Of a stretch of DNA of 64,000 nucleotides, positions 49,781 through 64,000 are shown piece after piece (position 1 is the stretch's first letter; every line of letters begins with the position of its first letter). The DNA is from Octopus vulgaris. Lineage: Eukaryota. The position numbers were made by a program, and so were the translations under genes. The stretch is from the NCBI GenBank assembly GCA_951406725.2, contig OX597822.1:13392001-13456000 (forward strand). The letters are read 5' to 3'. The notes below the pieces were generated by a model that saw only the letters and a list, made by a program, of their open reading frames with translations, was not told the DNA's origin and did not search any database.

Positions 49781-52700
49781 TCATAGGATTATGCTCAAGG
49801 TGGCTTCGTCATTCATGCGTACCATCCTTGCTACATTCGCCCATCTTTTTTTAAAGCATTCGCTAGACAAAACTTGCCTCTCTACTCTCACTTTCCTTTT
49901 TCAAGTGATACTTGAAGAAATTGATGAAAGATTGACCAGAGTGGAAAGTGTTTGTCTCCAATCCTTTCAGACGCGTCCACCAGACACATTCTTTCGCCAT
50001 AGCCACAAGGATGATGAAAATAGCTCTTCCTTCTCGTTTCAGGCGTAACAATATTGATGATAGACACGGCTGATAAACCGACTCGTCCCACACGTGACAG
50101 CAGTTGTTTGACATAAGCCCACAGGTTGGAAATTGTTGGACACTGCACGAGTGCGTGCAGAGCGGTTTCGTCGCTCTGACCGCATCTCGGGCAGGTCGGC
50201 CCCGTGTTTCTCGAGCCGTGTCTGTAGAGCTTATCCCGAACGGTTAGCGCTTCTCGGTAGCACTGCCAGGCCAGGCGTCTCTGGAAGTTGTCCATAGGTT
50301 CCGTCTTGAACAGACGGATCAGGTATTCCTCGCCGACGTCCAGGTTTGCCCCGAGCACGTCGTTGTACCTCCCCTCCACTAATCCATTATAGAATGCTTG
50401 GGTTGTGTTGAAGTCACTCAAGGTCGACCCGGGACGGCATAGTTGCTTGAGAGCAACGCGACACTCGCAGGGCCATTCGCCCTTTATCGGCTTCTTTTTG
50501 ATCCACGACTGCAGTTCGGTCATGGAGACGAGCTGCGGGAAAGCGTGCCTCACAAACGGCGACCACACCTGTTCACCGTCGTCTACGTAGAGCCTGAGAT
50601 TTAGCAGTCCCAGCGCGTGTCTGCGCATCATCAACCACGGTATGCCCAGTCCTCCTTTTAACGGGTGTTGACAGCAAATGGATCGCCTGACCATCAGGAC
50701 GCATCCTTTCCACAAGACGCGAAAGAGAATGCGTTCTAGTTTGGTGACGGTAGGGTTGGGACAAGACACGACGGTCAGGCGTGGTAAATGACGGACGCGA
50801 TGTACGAGTTCGCCACCTCCGCCCGACCTTTTAGGGACAGTTTCCTCTCGGCCCATTGCCGGGCGAGAGTGACCACCCTACTCGTTATCATGTTCCAGTT
50901 CTTCTCCATTTGGAGGTCCGGACTAAACCAGACCCCGAGCAACTCAAGCAGACCGTCGGTCCAGCGTCCCACGACGGAGGCGCTGGTGGACAGCATGGGC
51001 TTGCTTCTCCAGGTGCCGAGTCGCAAGCCCACTGATTTTTCCCGGTTGATTTTCGCTCCTGTCACCGCTTCGTAGTCTTTCAGTGTCTCGCCGACCTGCT
51101 CGATATGCTTGTGGCTAGACACTATGACGGTGACGTCGTCCGCGTATGCAGACACGTTCGTCCCGCATCCCAGTTCTCGCGGGATGCCCCTCAGAGATGC
51201 AAGCTTCCGCAATAATGACTCGAGAGTCAATACGTAGCGAAGCGACGTGAGAGGGCATTTCTGACGGACCGAACGTGCATTGTCGAAGGTCTCGATAGAT
51301 CTTCATTTACGCGAATTACCGAACGGATGCCTCTGTACAAAGCGGCTATCAAGCCGCGGAAGACGGGACCAAAACCAGCCGCTCTGAGGACTGCCTCCAA
51401 GTATCGATGGTCTACCCAATCGAAAGCTTTCGATTGATCCAACTTGATCAGTGCCCCACCCTTGCCAGGTTCCTTAACTACCCTTTCTATGATGTAGCGC
51501 ATTAGATGGAGGTTGTCATGGATGCTCCGGCCCGGCGCGGCGCACTTTTGCGCTTTGTCGACCGGTTTCTCGATGACAAGCGCCAACCTCTTGGCTAAGA
51601 CCTTGGCCAAAATTTTCAAGTCTGCATTAAGCAGAGTGATGTGCCTAAAGTTTTCTATTATATTTCCCTTGTTTAGCTCTTTCTTCAGCTGTGTTACGGC
51701 TCCTCGGCTCACAAAACCAGAATGCATCCGTTTTGCTGCCAGTTGCAGTACACCGCTGCCAAGACGACTCCAAACAAGTCTGGCACACAACTGTAAAGCT
51801 CGTAGGGTAGACCATCCAAACCCGTCGATTTGTCCTTCGAGCATTCTGCCATCGCATCCTGCATTTCCGCCGCCGTGATGGCAACTTCGCAGCGCCCTGC
51901 CTCTCTTGTCGAGAGTCGTGGTAGGCTGTGTAGGTAGGCACTGAAATCCACCCCAAGTTCTTGCCCGCCACTCGTCCCGAACAGTCGGGCAAAATGCTGT
52001 TGAAAGGCCAACACATTTTACTTGGCTCGAGCAATTCACGTCCAGAGACCGAATGGTGGCTTTGTTGCTCTGTTGCGCCACCGCCATCCGGGTCTCTGTC
52101 GCGGCTCCAACAACTTCGTTCCTTAGAGCACGCATCCTAGCTCTGACAACACACTCTTCGCGTTTGGCGTTGAAGTGTTGGTCAAAGGCCAATCTCGTCG
52201 CCAAAACGTCGGATGGGATGCCGCTTCTAATTGCCTCTTCTAGCTTCTTAACTAGCTCACCATCTACTCTATTTCTATCTATGGCTAGTGCTTTGCTGTA
52301 CCTAATCGCTTCCGCTTTTACTGCTCTCTTGAGAGCAAACTATCAATTGTTGTTGACGGTGGCTCCCGCCAAAGCCCTCTTTACTAGTGTGCTAATCCGG
52401 TCTCTGAAAACCTGTCTCGATGGGAAAGACGCGTTTAGTTTCCAGTATCCGGGCCCCTGTCTATGTGCCTTATCTAAGTCTAGCGTACACGTTACGAATT
52501 TGTGATCCGTGTAGCTGACTGTGTGGAATTGTGGACATCCTAAATTATCCCTGTCTACTGTACTACACAGGATCCTGTCTGGATACGATCGCGACGACCC
52601 ACTGCGGTTGCTCCATGTCCACGTTGGTGCATTTGGTTGGTCGAGTCGGTACCTGTCAGACAGTTGGAATCGTCTGAACAGGCCTCTGAAGCATTTGTAT

Positions 52701-53182
52701 CCCCTTCTGTTTTTGTCTCTCCCCACATAGTCTAGATGCGTGTCCAAGGTAGCATTCCGATCCCCCACTAAAAGTAAAGGACTAGACGTTCCCAGGAATA
52801 CTTCCAGACGTCGAAAGAAATCTGCCCGACCTGTTAAAGGCGGTACGTAGACTGAAACGAGTCGAAAAGCGCACCCATTGCTGCCTTCGACATCCAGGAC
52901 GACCAGTCTACCCTCCGGGTCTACGAATATTGTCTTTACTTTGAGATCCAGACTCTTGCGAAAAAGTACCGCGGTGCCACTATTGCCTATTCTTGGCAGA
53001 CAGGGGGAATAATAAATGTTGAACTATCCGCCAAACATGGTCTTTAGGGCCCGCGGATTGTGTAGTCTGGTCTCACTTATGGCTATGATTTCTAACTCGT
53101 TTGACTTTATGTCATTTAAGAGGTACCCTTGTTTCCAAGGGGACCCCAAGCCACGCGCATTTACACAACTAATCTTGATCAT
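49781..53182 (-). pseudogene. ORF2 polyprotein (AP endonuclease, RT, C-terminal Cys finger) with multiple frameshifts
   Basis: MIKISCVNARGL..IAISETRL; GDRNA; YTDHK; GPGYWKLN; GLDGLPYELY; FRHITLLNADLKILAK; LDQSKAFDWVDH; AYADDVT; GGLGIP; CPRCGQSDETALHALVQCP. Confidence 0.92.
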
Positions 53183-53226
53183 AATCCTAGTAAATTAAAA
53201 TACAAGCGAAAGGAACAGAGGGTTAC

Positions 53227-55106
53227 TTACTGCTCGAAAGTTTTTGCTTTCTCCTCCTTTGGTTTGTCCTTCTTCGTGAGGTATTTTTGGCATTTACCAA
53301 CCACACTGGGGAAAATGCCTTTTAGTGTGTGGTGCAGACTTCTGGAGATATGTAGTATTTTGATGGGATCCGGTGGTGTTGTGTATGGGTGATTGTTTGT
53401 TTTTATGTCATCTGTTATGTTTGTTTTTGATTTGATGTATTCCATCAAATTTGTGTTTTTGGTGTCTATGGCTGTGAGCATGTTTGCTGTATATATTTTT
53501 GTGGTGTTGGTTGGCTGTTGTTTGTGGTAGGTTTCGAAATCTTTTCGGGAGATGTATTTCCCCGTTTTGTTTGTGTTTGGATTTGGTTTGGTTGTGCTTC
53601 GGCTCTTTTTTTCCTTCCTTTTCTAACTAATTGTCATTCCTCGCTGGTTTCGTCGTACGACGAATTTTCTGAGGAATCAGAAGGGGGTAGGGGTATTTTG
53701 TAGGCTTCTATGCATGTCTGTGTAAGTGATTGTGTTGTTGTTTTCGTAGCTGTTGGCTGTTGAGTGTTTGTGTGTGATGTATATGGGATGGGGAATGAGT
53801 TTTGTATATTTTTTTGTTTTTCTGTTCCTTTAGTTCTTGGTGGTGTTGGTATTTTCTCAGGTGTTGTATTATTTTTGGTTGTTGACGGATTAGGTTGGTG
53901 TGCTTCTCTTGTCGCCTTCTGTGTTGATGGTGGTGTGGGTAGTAGTGCTTTTTTCTCGAAGTGTTTTGGTTGTAGTAGTGGTTGTTGTTGTTGCTCTTCT
54001 TGTGCAGTGGTTGGACACTTCTTTTTCAAATATGTTTCGCTTCCGCACAAATAGCAACGTGGTCGCTTGCCCTCTACCACTACATAGAGTTTGTAACCTT
54101 CTGGCAGTTCTATAGTGGTGGGTATCTTTTCTCTTGTTGTTTCATCCAATTGAAGGAGGAATTGGATTGAATTTCCCACCCAGTTTTTCTGTTCTAGAAC
54201 AGCGATTTCAAGAATTTTTGTTTCTGCCATTTCAAAGCAGATGGCAGAGACTAACCATTGTATTTCGACTTTTATTTGGACTTTCGTCCCCCTCTGACCT
54301 AAATAAGTTGGTATCATTACCAAGTCGTCTGAATGCAGCGCCAATGTGGAAAATCGTTTTACTAGATCTTCATTGAGGAAACGTACTTGGACTGTGCCAA
54401 ATTTATGTCCCCAACTAATATACTCCTTTGAATCCCATGCAGGACGAAGGCATTTTTCAATTTTTTTCCTGCGGTGCACTTTCTGGTCGTCTTGTGTTTT
54501 TGTTGGTGACTTTGTATATTATTGTTTTTTTGTGTGTGTGTGTGTTTTCCAGGATGTGTAGTGGAATGTGAAGATGCAATTTATCTCCTTCTTTGGTGAA
54601 AAGTGCTTTTGTGAGGTTTATTTTACGATTGTCCGTTTTTGTTTTATCGCTTCCGCGAAGTTCGTTTTATTTTTGGTGGTGTTAGCAGCAGAGGAGTTAG
54701 TTGTAGCAGTTGAAGTCGTGGTAGTTGTGTTGCTGTTGGCGGTGTTGTCTTCGGTAGGCGGCTTTGTGCTGATTTCGTTGTTGTTGTTGTTGGTAGTGAT
54801 GGTGGTGGTGCTGGCATTCATGTTTGAGTCTGTATTCGTTTTTAAAATCCCTTTCTCCGTTCTTCTTTCATCGACAAGTGGTGTAGGGGGTGGGAGAAAA
54901 TCTAAGTTGATGTCTTTGGTGGCGGCGATGGTGAATGGTCTTGCGACGTTAGTTTTGTTGTTGTTGGTGGTGGTGGTGGTGGTGGTAGTGGTGGTGACAG
55001 CGGTGTTCAAGCTGCGAGGTTTAGCAGCTAATGGCAGCAATAGTGTTTCGCTACCGTTCCGCATGACTGGCGGGCTAGCCACGTGGTTTCCAGTTGTCAT
55101 TTTCAA
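53227..55106 (-). pseudogene. ORF1 of Tx1-type LINE, frameshifted
   Basis: Thr/Asn-rich N-terminus (54618..55106), a 281-aa piece with zinc-knuckle-like RCYLCGSETYLKKKCP, ending just upstream of ORF2. Confidence 0.75.
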
Positions 55107-55317
55107 AATGAAAAATGGCTAAAAAGAACCCACGAAAGTTTTGAAACTTTTGGTAATTTCGCTCATACAGGGGCGGAATTCTACGTGAATAATTCTCAGG
55201 TTTTTTAGTGAATGATCTTGCACAACGATTAAGAACAAAATATTTGACAAGGAATTTCAAACATGTAAAAGTGGCCAACTGACGTGGAGCCCATTTGACT
55301 AGCATCCGTCCATGCCG

Positions 55318-55504
<187 letters not shown>

Positions 55505-55514
55505 TAGATAGATA

Positions 55515-55690
55515 AGTTTCTTTATTGGCCACACAGGGCTGCACACAGATGGGACAAGTTACAAGGTAGAGCTTTTCTTTTGGGGGATGAAAAAAACAAA
55601 AAACGAAAGAAACAAAAAAAAAGGGAGTGGCGTAGGTTTTCGATCAAGAGGGATCGTAAAAGGGAAGAAAAGAACAAAAAAAAAGATAAA
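55515..55690 (-). mobile_element. 3'-UTR-only fragment of the same Tx1 family
   Basis: GTTTCTTTATTGGCCACACAGGGCTGCACACAGATGGGACAAGTTACAAGGTAGAGCTTTTCTTT matches 49445 and 62480; adjacent to (GATA)n. Confidence 0.88.
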
Positions 55691-57730
55691 TAAATAAAAT
55701 ATGGACAGACAGGCAGGCAGATATATAGATAGACAGATAGATATAGCCGCATAACTAGGTATATGTACCCCACCCGAATTTGTTGCCTCATGACTTCCAG
55801 AAAAATGTATAATTCTCAGCGAAATGTTCAACAAATACCGCTTAGATGCTGTGGATGCAAAGTTTATAACGATTTATGAGAAAGAATTTTTCGAAGGTTT
55901 GGGTACAGTAGTTTCGGAAAATTCACACGATCCGAATTTTTCCCTCATAATTTTCAGGAAAATGGATATCTTTTAATGAAATTTTACACAATTACCCTTG
56001 AAACGGCATAGATTATGATTATAATGAAATTTGTCGGAAAAAATTAATTCCGAGGTGGTGGGGAGAGGAGATTCGTAAAAACGGAATTTCGAATCAGGAA
56101 AACCAAATAAGTTGCTGCCATTCCATTTTGACGGGGATTTTCCCCATTTCTTTTTAACTACACCCTTCGAAATGATGGGGAGGGGCATATTTTTATAGAA
56201 AAAAATATTTTTGGAAATACTTTTGTAGAACGCCGCTCCCCTCATCATCCCTCTCCGGACCGGTTTTGGCCAATTTTTTTTCAAAGCCATGGCAGGAGCC
56301 TTTTCGGTAAAAAATCATTTTAAAAATTGTTAATATTTTCAGAGGAAAAAGTAAGTGATTTAAGGGAGAATTGGCTGTCGTCTCTAGCACATCCTAAGAC
56401 AATCCTCGTCGTTGCTTTCTTACTGTTGAATGTATTGAAGTGTTTCAATATGTTTCGCCCCATAAATACATTTCTATGCTATAAAAACATGTAAAAAATT
56501 ATGATCATTATGCAACCCCACCCTCTGCCCTCAATTGATTCTGTTTATAATTTAAAACATTGGAGAGCCTGGGAAGGTCATTGCTGGCATTTGTCCACAA
56601 TAGTTTTTAAAAAAGAGGTATGTAAACGATAATTCATTTTAATAGCATACTTTTCTGTTAGAAAATTATTTTCTTACACAAACGCACACACACACACACA
56701 GCTTTGCTCGATTGAGGTGGGGCAAACCTTTAAATTACAAGTTTTTTTGTTTTTTTGCTTATATCCCATCAATGGCCCACGTGTGCGTTACTTCGGCATC
56801 ATCATTCAACGAAATGTGTTTAATGGAAGGAAAATATTGAAAAAAAACATCAATGTATGCGACGATGAGAGAGTGAAAACGTGGGTAGTTTGGGATGTGC
56901 TAGAAACAACAGCTAGATCTGTTTTGAATCGTAAACCTTTTCCTCTGAAAATATTTAGAATGCTTTTTCTTTTTTTTTTTTTACCGAAAAGACTCCTCCC
57001 AGAGTTTTTATTTCTTTCAGTAATTTATGGTAGTTGTTTGGAAATAGTGAATTAAAACTTGATATGGAAACATTTAGATAAGTGAGAGACTTCGTAAATG
57101 TAAACGAAAAATTTCGCCGCTGCTACGTCAATATCAGAAGTTGACGTTGAAAAACCTTTTCAAAGAAGTGAATCATATATATTAAAGTTATATTATTTAT
57201 TTTTAATAATGAATTAAACTGAAGACCTCGTTATGTATCCGAAGTCGAATTACTCATGCACCCCAAGCAATTCGCGCAGCTGTTTCCGCATGGAAAGCGA
57301 ATACACACACACACGCACACACACACACACCCGACACACGCACACACACACACACACATGTCTATTTTATATTATATATATACAAAGGTTAGGGAATGGA
57401 ATATGGGAAATCTGTGCTACATATATTTCATAGCGAATGGAACTTCAGAAGTGCTAACATCCAAACGAGCTTGAACATATTAAAAGCTACATTGTCGCAA
57501 GTAGGTACATGTTGATACGAAGAGGATTCAATCAGAATGTGTATATGTTTGTATATACTGGGCTTCCACACAGTTCCCGACATGTAGCCAATTCACTCAC
57601 AAGGAGCTATAGTAGAAAACATTTACTCATTTCCTTAAGGTGACGTGGAGTGGGACTGAACCCAAAACTACGTGGTTGCAAAGCGATCTTGTTACCACAT
57701 CACCATGCCTGCACCTACATGGTACATCTT

Positions 57731-58153
57731 TTAACCCATTGCTTGCCATGAACCCCATTTGGGAATCTGCTAAAAACAATTTCACTGCCAGTTGTTCGTT
57801 GTATTTGCAGAGGTGTGTTTAACAATATTTAATAGTTAAACTTTACCATTATTTGCTCTGGCTAATTCTAGACGACATTTTATGTCATAAATCGCAATTT
57901 TTGAACTACTCGCATTTGATATTATACTATCAAACAAACTAAAATGTTTATTAGTGCAATTGAATTTTTTAAAAAAGTATAAATATGCTTTTCTTCAGCA
58001 ATCCCCATTTGGGACTTATCGAAAAATTTATCATAATGTCCAAAATAAATCGCATATGAAGAAAATTTAAATACTGTATATTATTCCAAATTTAAAACAC
58101 CTGGCAAAGTAAATGAAAAATATGAAGAAAATACTTGGCAGTTAATGGGTTAA
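57731..58153. mobile_element. piggyBac-type MITE
   Basis: TTAA-CCCATTGCTTGCCA ... TGGCAGTTAATGGG-TTAA (TTAA TSD, CCC/GGG termini); internal repeat CCCCATTTGGGA occurs twice. Confidence 0.7.
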
Positions 58154-58159
58154 TATATT

Positions 58160-58360
58160 GACAGAATCGTTAGCCTGAAGGACAAAACGCTTAGCAGCGT
58201 TTCAACCGTTTTTGCATTCTAAGTTCAAATTCTTCCGAGGTCGATTTTGCCTTTCACTCTTTTGGAGCCGATAGAATAAAAACCAGTTAAGCATTGGCGT
58301 CGGTGTAATCGACTTCCTTCTCTAGAACTTGCAGGCCTTGTGCCAAAATTTAAAACCAAT
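58160..58360 (+). mobile_element. SINE family C
   Basis: CAGAATCGTTAGC..AAGTTCAAATT..GAGGTCGATTTTGCCTTTCA..GGCCTTGTGCCAAAATTT. Confidence 0.75.
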
Positions 58361-58840
58361 ATATTTTGTTGCTCTAAATTTATTTACATATTTGGTCAAT
58401 ATTAGAATATTCATTACACAACCAACGTTTATTACGACCAGCAATATCTGAAAAACCTTTTGTTGGTATGTCTCTTTGTGCATCAAAATAGTTCTGTGTG
58501 ATCAATATTTCAAAATATTTTACACTACAAATTATAATTATACATACAAATATATACAATAGAGATTGTGCTTGATATACCTATGAATTCATATCGTGCT
58601 TTCATTATTTTTTATTGGTTTAAGTCAATGGATTGCAGCAATGTTAGTACACCACATTGAAGAACTTTTAATGTATCATATTGAATGAATGATTTTTTGT
58701 AGAATACAGAATTTTATCGATATTTTTCTAACACAACTGCTTGCTAAAAGGACAACACGGAGTCCCGTTTGAACAGTGCCAATGTAAACACAAGCGTGAT
58801 ACAGATGTATAATATACGTACTCACACACACAACCCACAC

Positions 58841-58878
<38 letters not shown>

Positions 58879-59018
58879 AGAAATATGCATATATATGCAG
58901 ACATACGTGAATATATACATATATATGCTTATATACATATATTGTTTTTGTAAATGTTTATGAAAGCAAAAAAGTGTGTGTGTGTGGGTGTACGCTTGTG
59001 TGCGTGCATGAGTGTTTG

Positions 59019-59074
<56 letters not shown>

Positions 59075-60320
59075 CACATGCACACATGCTCTGCCCTGGA
59101 CCATCAAACCTGTTGGTGTCTTAGGAGCGCCGATGTGACATGCGATGTGTCTTGCGCATTTAAACCTTGCCGTGCCCATCCCTGTCGAAGTGAGATCATA
59201 GAGGATGTCTTCTTGAGCGAAAGAGAGGGATAGAGAGAAAAAACGGCGATAGTGAGAGAGAATGTAAGCAGGGTCGACCTCGATAATTCCAAGTTACTTG
59301 ATTTATTGACACCGAAGAGATCCGCAAAGCAATCTCAGCGGAATTTGAATGCTGGCCGAAGAGAGCCGCTATGAATACCGTAAGGCATTTCCCGCCGTTC
59401 TTACAACTCTGCCAGTTCGATACCTACACACACACACACACACACACAACTACACACATACATGCGCGCACATACACATATGCTCTTTCATGCTATCAAC
59501 AGATACATGCACATGCTTAAACTCGTTTGAACATATACCTACATTCACACACACACACACACATTCACATAGAGCTATGTTATCCATACACTCATTCATT
59601 ATTGCTCATTCCTCACACACTTAAACTAAAGAGATCACCTTTACACCTACAGGTGGCGCTTTAGCAATTCAATACCTCCTTAACTAGCCTTGCTTATTTA
59701 AGATTCTCGCAGGATAAACAAAGGCGTTTAATTTGGATTTAAGAAACCCAGGCCATTAGTAGAAATGCAAATGACTGCAAAACCTCTCTAGGATTTCAAC
59801 GTGTAAAGTTAAATGCTTTGTTATGTAGAGAATGCCTTACGGCAGCAGATTTTTGGTTTCCTAAATAAATCCTAACTTTGTATCCATGTTATACATAATT
59901 CCAAGAATTATCAATGATCGCTGATTCTTTCTGTGTAAGCTTCAATATATATATGTATGTGTAAGTGTGTGTATGTTGCTATGTATGTCTAAATGTGTGT
60001 ATGTTGCTATGTAAATACATTTATAGCGTGGTCATATTTGGGTCATTAAGGAATGCGGTTGACAACCATTCGATTTCGGTTTCCGTTTTGATCTTATCGT
60101 GTGATACACCTTGGTCAAGTTTTTTGCGCCGCAACGGCGATTTGATCGGGGGTTTGTAAGGAAAATTAGTTTGTACGGATAGATATCTATTTGAAGGACC
60201 GCGGCGGTTCGAGCGCCCCTCTTCTTGGCTAGTAGGTATAATCACTTAACTAGTTTAATGATATCAAGCGATTCTTGACAGCGCATGTGTGTGCATGCGT
60301 GCATGTGTATGCGTGCATAA

Positions 60321-60390
<70 letters not shown>

Positions 60391-60391
<1 letters not shown>

Positions 60392-61242
60392 TAGCTTAAG
60401 GTGACCCGCTCTACGCGCGGGTAAGAGTGTGGTTCTTACTTTCTGTTTTTTATCACCACATTCTCCCTCTTTGTTTCACTTTCCTTTCTCTCTCACTTTC
60501 CCACTCTCTTACTCTTCCTTTCTGTCGGACTCTCAGTCGCTTTCTCTTACTCTCTATCTTTCTCTGTCTATCTCTCTCCCATTTATAAACAACAAAAGAT
60601 CTTGAGTAAGTTGAGAAAGTAAAATATTTTGAAAGATCAATCATAAATATCAGGTAGTGACAACGGAAAGGTCTGCTTCAAGGCAGACAGCAAAACACTA
60701 ACATTTAAAAGGGACAGACGAACTTGCGAGCTGAATATAAAAAAAAAAATTGGAAACCAAAGTTTGAAGGATAGAATCTGAGGATAGTAGAGTCACCATG
60801 GCTGGCATTTCTTAACGACGGACAGCAACGTAATGGCAGTTTAACGGCTAGCGTAAAATTTTGAACTTGTTGTAAAAGAAAATTCCTAAACACCAAGTTT
60901 TGATGTGATTCTTTCTCACGACAGTAGACTCACCATGGCAAGCATTCAAAACTTCTTCATCATGGACGACAACACACTAACGATTTAAAGGCTAGCGCAA
61001 ATTTTTTAGCTTGATGTAACAGAGAATTCCTAAACACCCGCACCTTGAAATTTTAATCACTTTCCAGTCCCATTTAGACCCCTTTTCACATTTTGGTTAT
61101 TATAACCCGATTTCATTCGGGTCTACTCAGGCCACATTTTATAAGATGAAGAATTTTGTCCTAGAGGTCACGCCTTTCATTTGAGGAAAAAAATAGTTGT
61201 CATGCAAACTTGCCAGCACATAGGTGTGCATAATGCACACAT

Positions 61243-61286
<44 letters not shown>

Positions 61287-62076
61287 GCATTATATCTATA
61301 TATATATATGTTTGTGTGTGTACGCATTATATATACAAATGTATACAAATTATATATGTATAAATTAAATTAGAGATAAAACCGCTATTAGGCAAATTAA
61401 ACAGTGAAAAACATAACCCAAAACATAAAAATAAAAATATAATGTACAAAATTTATAAAATATAAAATTAAAAAATTTTAATTATTTAAATTTAAAATTT
61501 AAATTATTAATTTATATTTATAATTTTAAAAAAATATATATATAACTATCAAAAAGTATTAGAAAGTTTAATATACATAAATACAGATAAATACACTTTG
61601 TATATATACATTATATATACATATTTATATATAGAACACACACACACACATATATAAATGAACCGAATAAATATCTGATTCATAATATTTGTTCTCATGA
61701 TTGTGTCGTGGTTGTGGCGATGATAATTCTCTGTATGAATGCAGACAGACGTAGAGAGAGGGAGAGTGTGAAAACGCTGTTAGACGCCGTTATCGACGTT
61801 ATATATAGAAAGTGAGGGGAAGGGAGGAAAGATAGTGAGTGAGGGAGGATGACAGATACATAAACGAATGCGAGTCGACTTGTCAAAGTGCGTTTTTGGC
61901 CCTAGCAACGACACCTTTTAAGATGGAGATTTCTAACGTAGCCCACTAACATCCTCACCTCATTTTACATGTCCCTGTAAACTTTGGAGTCAATCCGACG
62001 GGATGTAGTGGCCTTTAAACTGTTCCAGACAAACAAACAAACAAACAAACTTTTCGCATTTCAGTTTTATAAATAG

Positions 62077-62079
<3 letters not shown>
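60391..62079 (-). mobile_element. Non-autonomous Helitron (copy 2)
   Basis: Collinear with 12671-14552; A|TC start at 62079, hairpin ACCCGC/GCGGGT and CTAG|T end at 60391. Confidence 0.78.
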
Positions 62080-62169
<90 letters not shown>

Positions 62170-62211
62170 TAAATAGCTAGATAGCTAGCTAGATAGATAG
62201 ATAGATAGATT

Positions 62212-62287
<76 letters not shown>

Positions 62288-62332
62288 TGGTTGGATGGAT
62301 GGATGGATGGATGGATGGATAGATAGATAGAC

Positions 62333-62409
<77 letters not shown>

Positions 62410-62479
62410 TGGTTGGATGGATGGATGGATGGATGGATGGATGGATGGATATATAGATAGACAGATAGATAGATAGATA
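62080..62479. repeat. Compound (GATA)n/(GGAT)n microsatellite with a duplicated higher-order block
   Basis: (GATA)n-TATGGTT-(GGAT)n occurs twice. Confidence 0.95.
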
Positions 62480-64000
62480 TGTTTCTTTATTAGCCACACA
62501 GGGCTGCACACAGATAGAACAAATTACAAGGTAGAGCTTTTCTTTTGAAGGTTTAAAAAAAAAAAAAAAAAAAAAGGAAGGGGGAGTTTCGATCAAAGGG
62601 GATCGTAAAAGGAGAGAAAGAGGACAAAAAAAGGGGGGTTAAAAAAAAAGGGGGAGAGGAAAAAAAAAAAAAAAAAAAAATTGATCAATAGGGATCGTTA
62701 TCACAGATATGTCAATATGAAGTGTAAAGGGGAGGACAGGTGAGGTTTACCCGTGGAAAGAAAAGCCTACGGAAAAGACCACGGTAACCTCGGTCAATGA
62801 AGTCACATTTTATATTTCTTTTTTTTTTTTTTTTTTTTTGCAAATAAGCAACTCTCTGTTTTCGATTTCTGGGTTCATAGGACTATGCTCAAGGTGGCTT
62901 CGTCATTCATACGTGCCATTCTTGCTACATTCACCCATCTTTTTTTAAAACATTCGCTAGACAAAACTTGCCTCTCTACTCTCACTTTCCTTTTCAAGTG
63001 GTACTTGAAGAAGTTGATGAGAGATTGACCAGAGAGGAAAGTGTTTGTCTCCAATCCTTTCAGACGCGTCCACCAGATACATTCTTTCGCCATAGCCACA
63101 AGGATGATGAAAATAGCTCTTCCTTCCCGTTTGAAGGAAGGAGGCGTGACAATATTGACGATAGACTCAGCTGATAAACCGACTCGTCCCACACGTGACA
63201 GCAGTTGTTCGACATAAGCCCACAGGTCGGAAATTGTTGGGCACTGAACGAGTGCGTGCAGAACGGTTTCGTCGCTCTGACCGCATCTCGGGCAGGTCGG
63301 CCCCGTGTTTCTCGAGCCGTGTCTGTAGAGCTTATCCCGAACGGGTAGCGCTTCTCGGTAGCACTGCCAGGCCAGGGATCTCTGGAAGTTGTCCATGGGC
63401 CCTGGCCCGAAGGTCGTCCTGAACAGGCGGGTCAGGTACTCCTCGTCGACGTCCAGGTTCGCCCCGAGCTCGTCGTCGTACCTCCTCCACTAAACCCCTA
63501 TAGAATGCTTTGGTTGTGTTGAAGTCACTTAAGGTCGACCCAGGACGGCAGAGTTGCTTGAGAGCAACGCGACACTCGCGGTGCCATTCGCCCTTCCTCG
63601 GCCTCTTTTTGATCCACGACTGCAGTTCGGTCATGGAGACGAGCTGCGGGAAAGCGTGCCTCACAAACGGCGACCACACCTGTTCACCGTCGTCTACATA
63701 GAGCCAGAGATGCCGCAGTCTCAGCGCGTGTCTGCGCATCATCAACCACGGCATGCCCAGCCCTCCTTTTAACGGGTGTTGACAGCAAATGGATCGCCTG
63801 ACCATCGGGACGCATCCTTTCCACAAGAAGCGAAAGAGGATGCGTTGTAGTTTGGTGATGGTAGGGTCGGGACAAGGTACGACGGTCAGGCGGTAGTAGA
63901 TGACGGACGCGATGTACGTGTTCGCCACCTCCGCTCGACCTTTTAGGGACAGTTTCCTCTCGGCCCATTGCCGGGCGAGAGTGACCACCCTACTCGTTAT
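62480..64000 (-). mobile_element. Second Tx1-clade LINE copy (3' part; continues beyond the window)
   Basis: ORFs 63332..63988 and 62875..63396 are highly similar to 49781-50890 with fewer lesions; the 3' end abuts (GATA)n. Confidence 0.92.

Larger units (their letters stand above)
49445..55317 (-). mobile_element. Near full-length Tx1/L1-clade LINE (about 5.9 kb) flanked by (GATA)n on both sides
   Basis: 5' UTR, ORF1, ORF2 (APE-RT-zinc finger) and a 3' UTR ending GTGTGGCTAATAACGAAACAT; GATA repeats at 49403-49444 and 55318-55514. Confidence 0.9.

Noticed and set aside
54568-55122. Hydrophobic 184-aa plus-strand ORF resembling a membrane protein
   Set aside because: Antisense shadow of the Thr/Asn-rich Tx1 ORF1
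59090-59225. Possible RTE C-terminal Cys/His fragment
   Set aside because: Too short and degenerate to support a call
60020-60233. Possible Helitron 3' end (GC hairpin followed by CTAG|T)
   Set aside because: The hairpin is imperfect and no 5' end or second copy is visible

Overview
Eukaryotic, AT-rich, microsatellite-saturated intergenic or intronic DNA with no recognisable host gene. The repeat landscape resembles an octopod cephalopod genome, which is an inference from SINE families and microsatellite density. Nearly all listed ORFs are microsatellite read-throughs. The real content is a mosaic of decayed mobile elements: a near full-length Tx1/L1-clade LINE plus two further pieces, all abutting (GATA)n arrays; two CR1-type LINEs; RTE and R4/Dong fragments; a Penelope-like (PLE) GIY-YIG remnant; mariner/Tc1 fragments; non-autonomous Helitrons; MITEs; and three tRNA-derived SINE families. 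The most striking signal is a dense set of more than ten type I hammerhead ribozyme motifs in short non-coding elements embedded in (TA)n. These include a 631-bp spacerless palindrome carrying a hammerhead on each strand, and a Pol III box-B element with a hammerhead tail and an inverted terminal duplication. Together they suggest PLE-driven, ribozyme-bearing non-autonomous retroelements. SINE tails matching two different LINE partners in the same window were also seen. All coordinates were read by eye and may be off by a few bases; no searches or folding programs were run.
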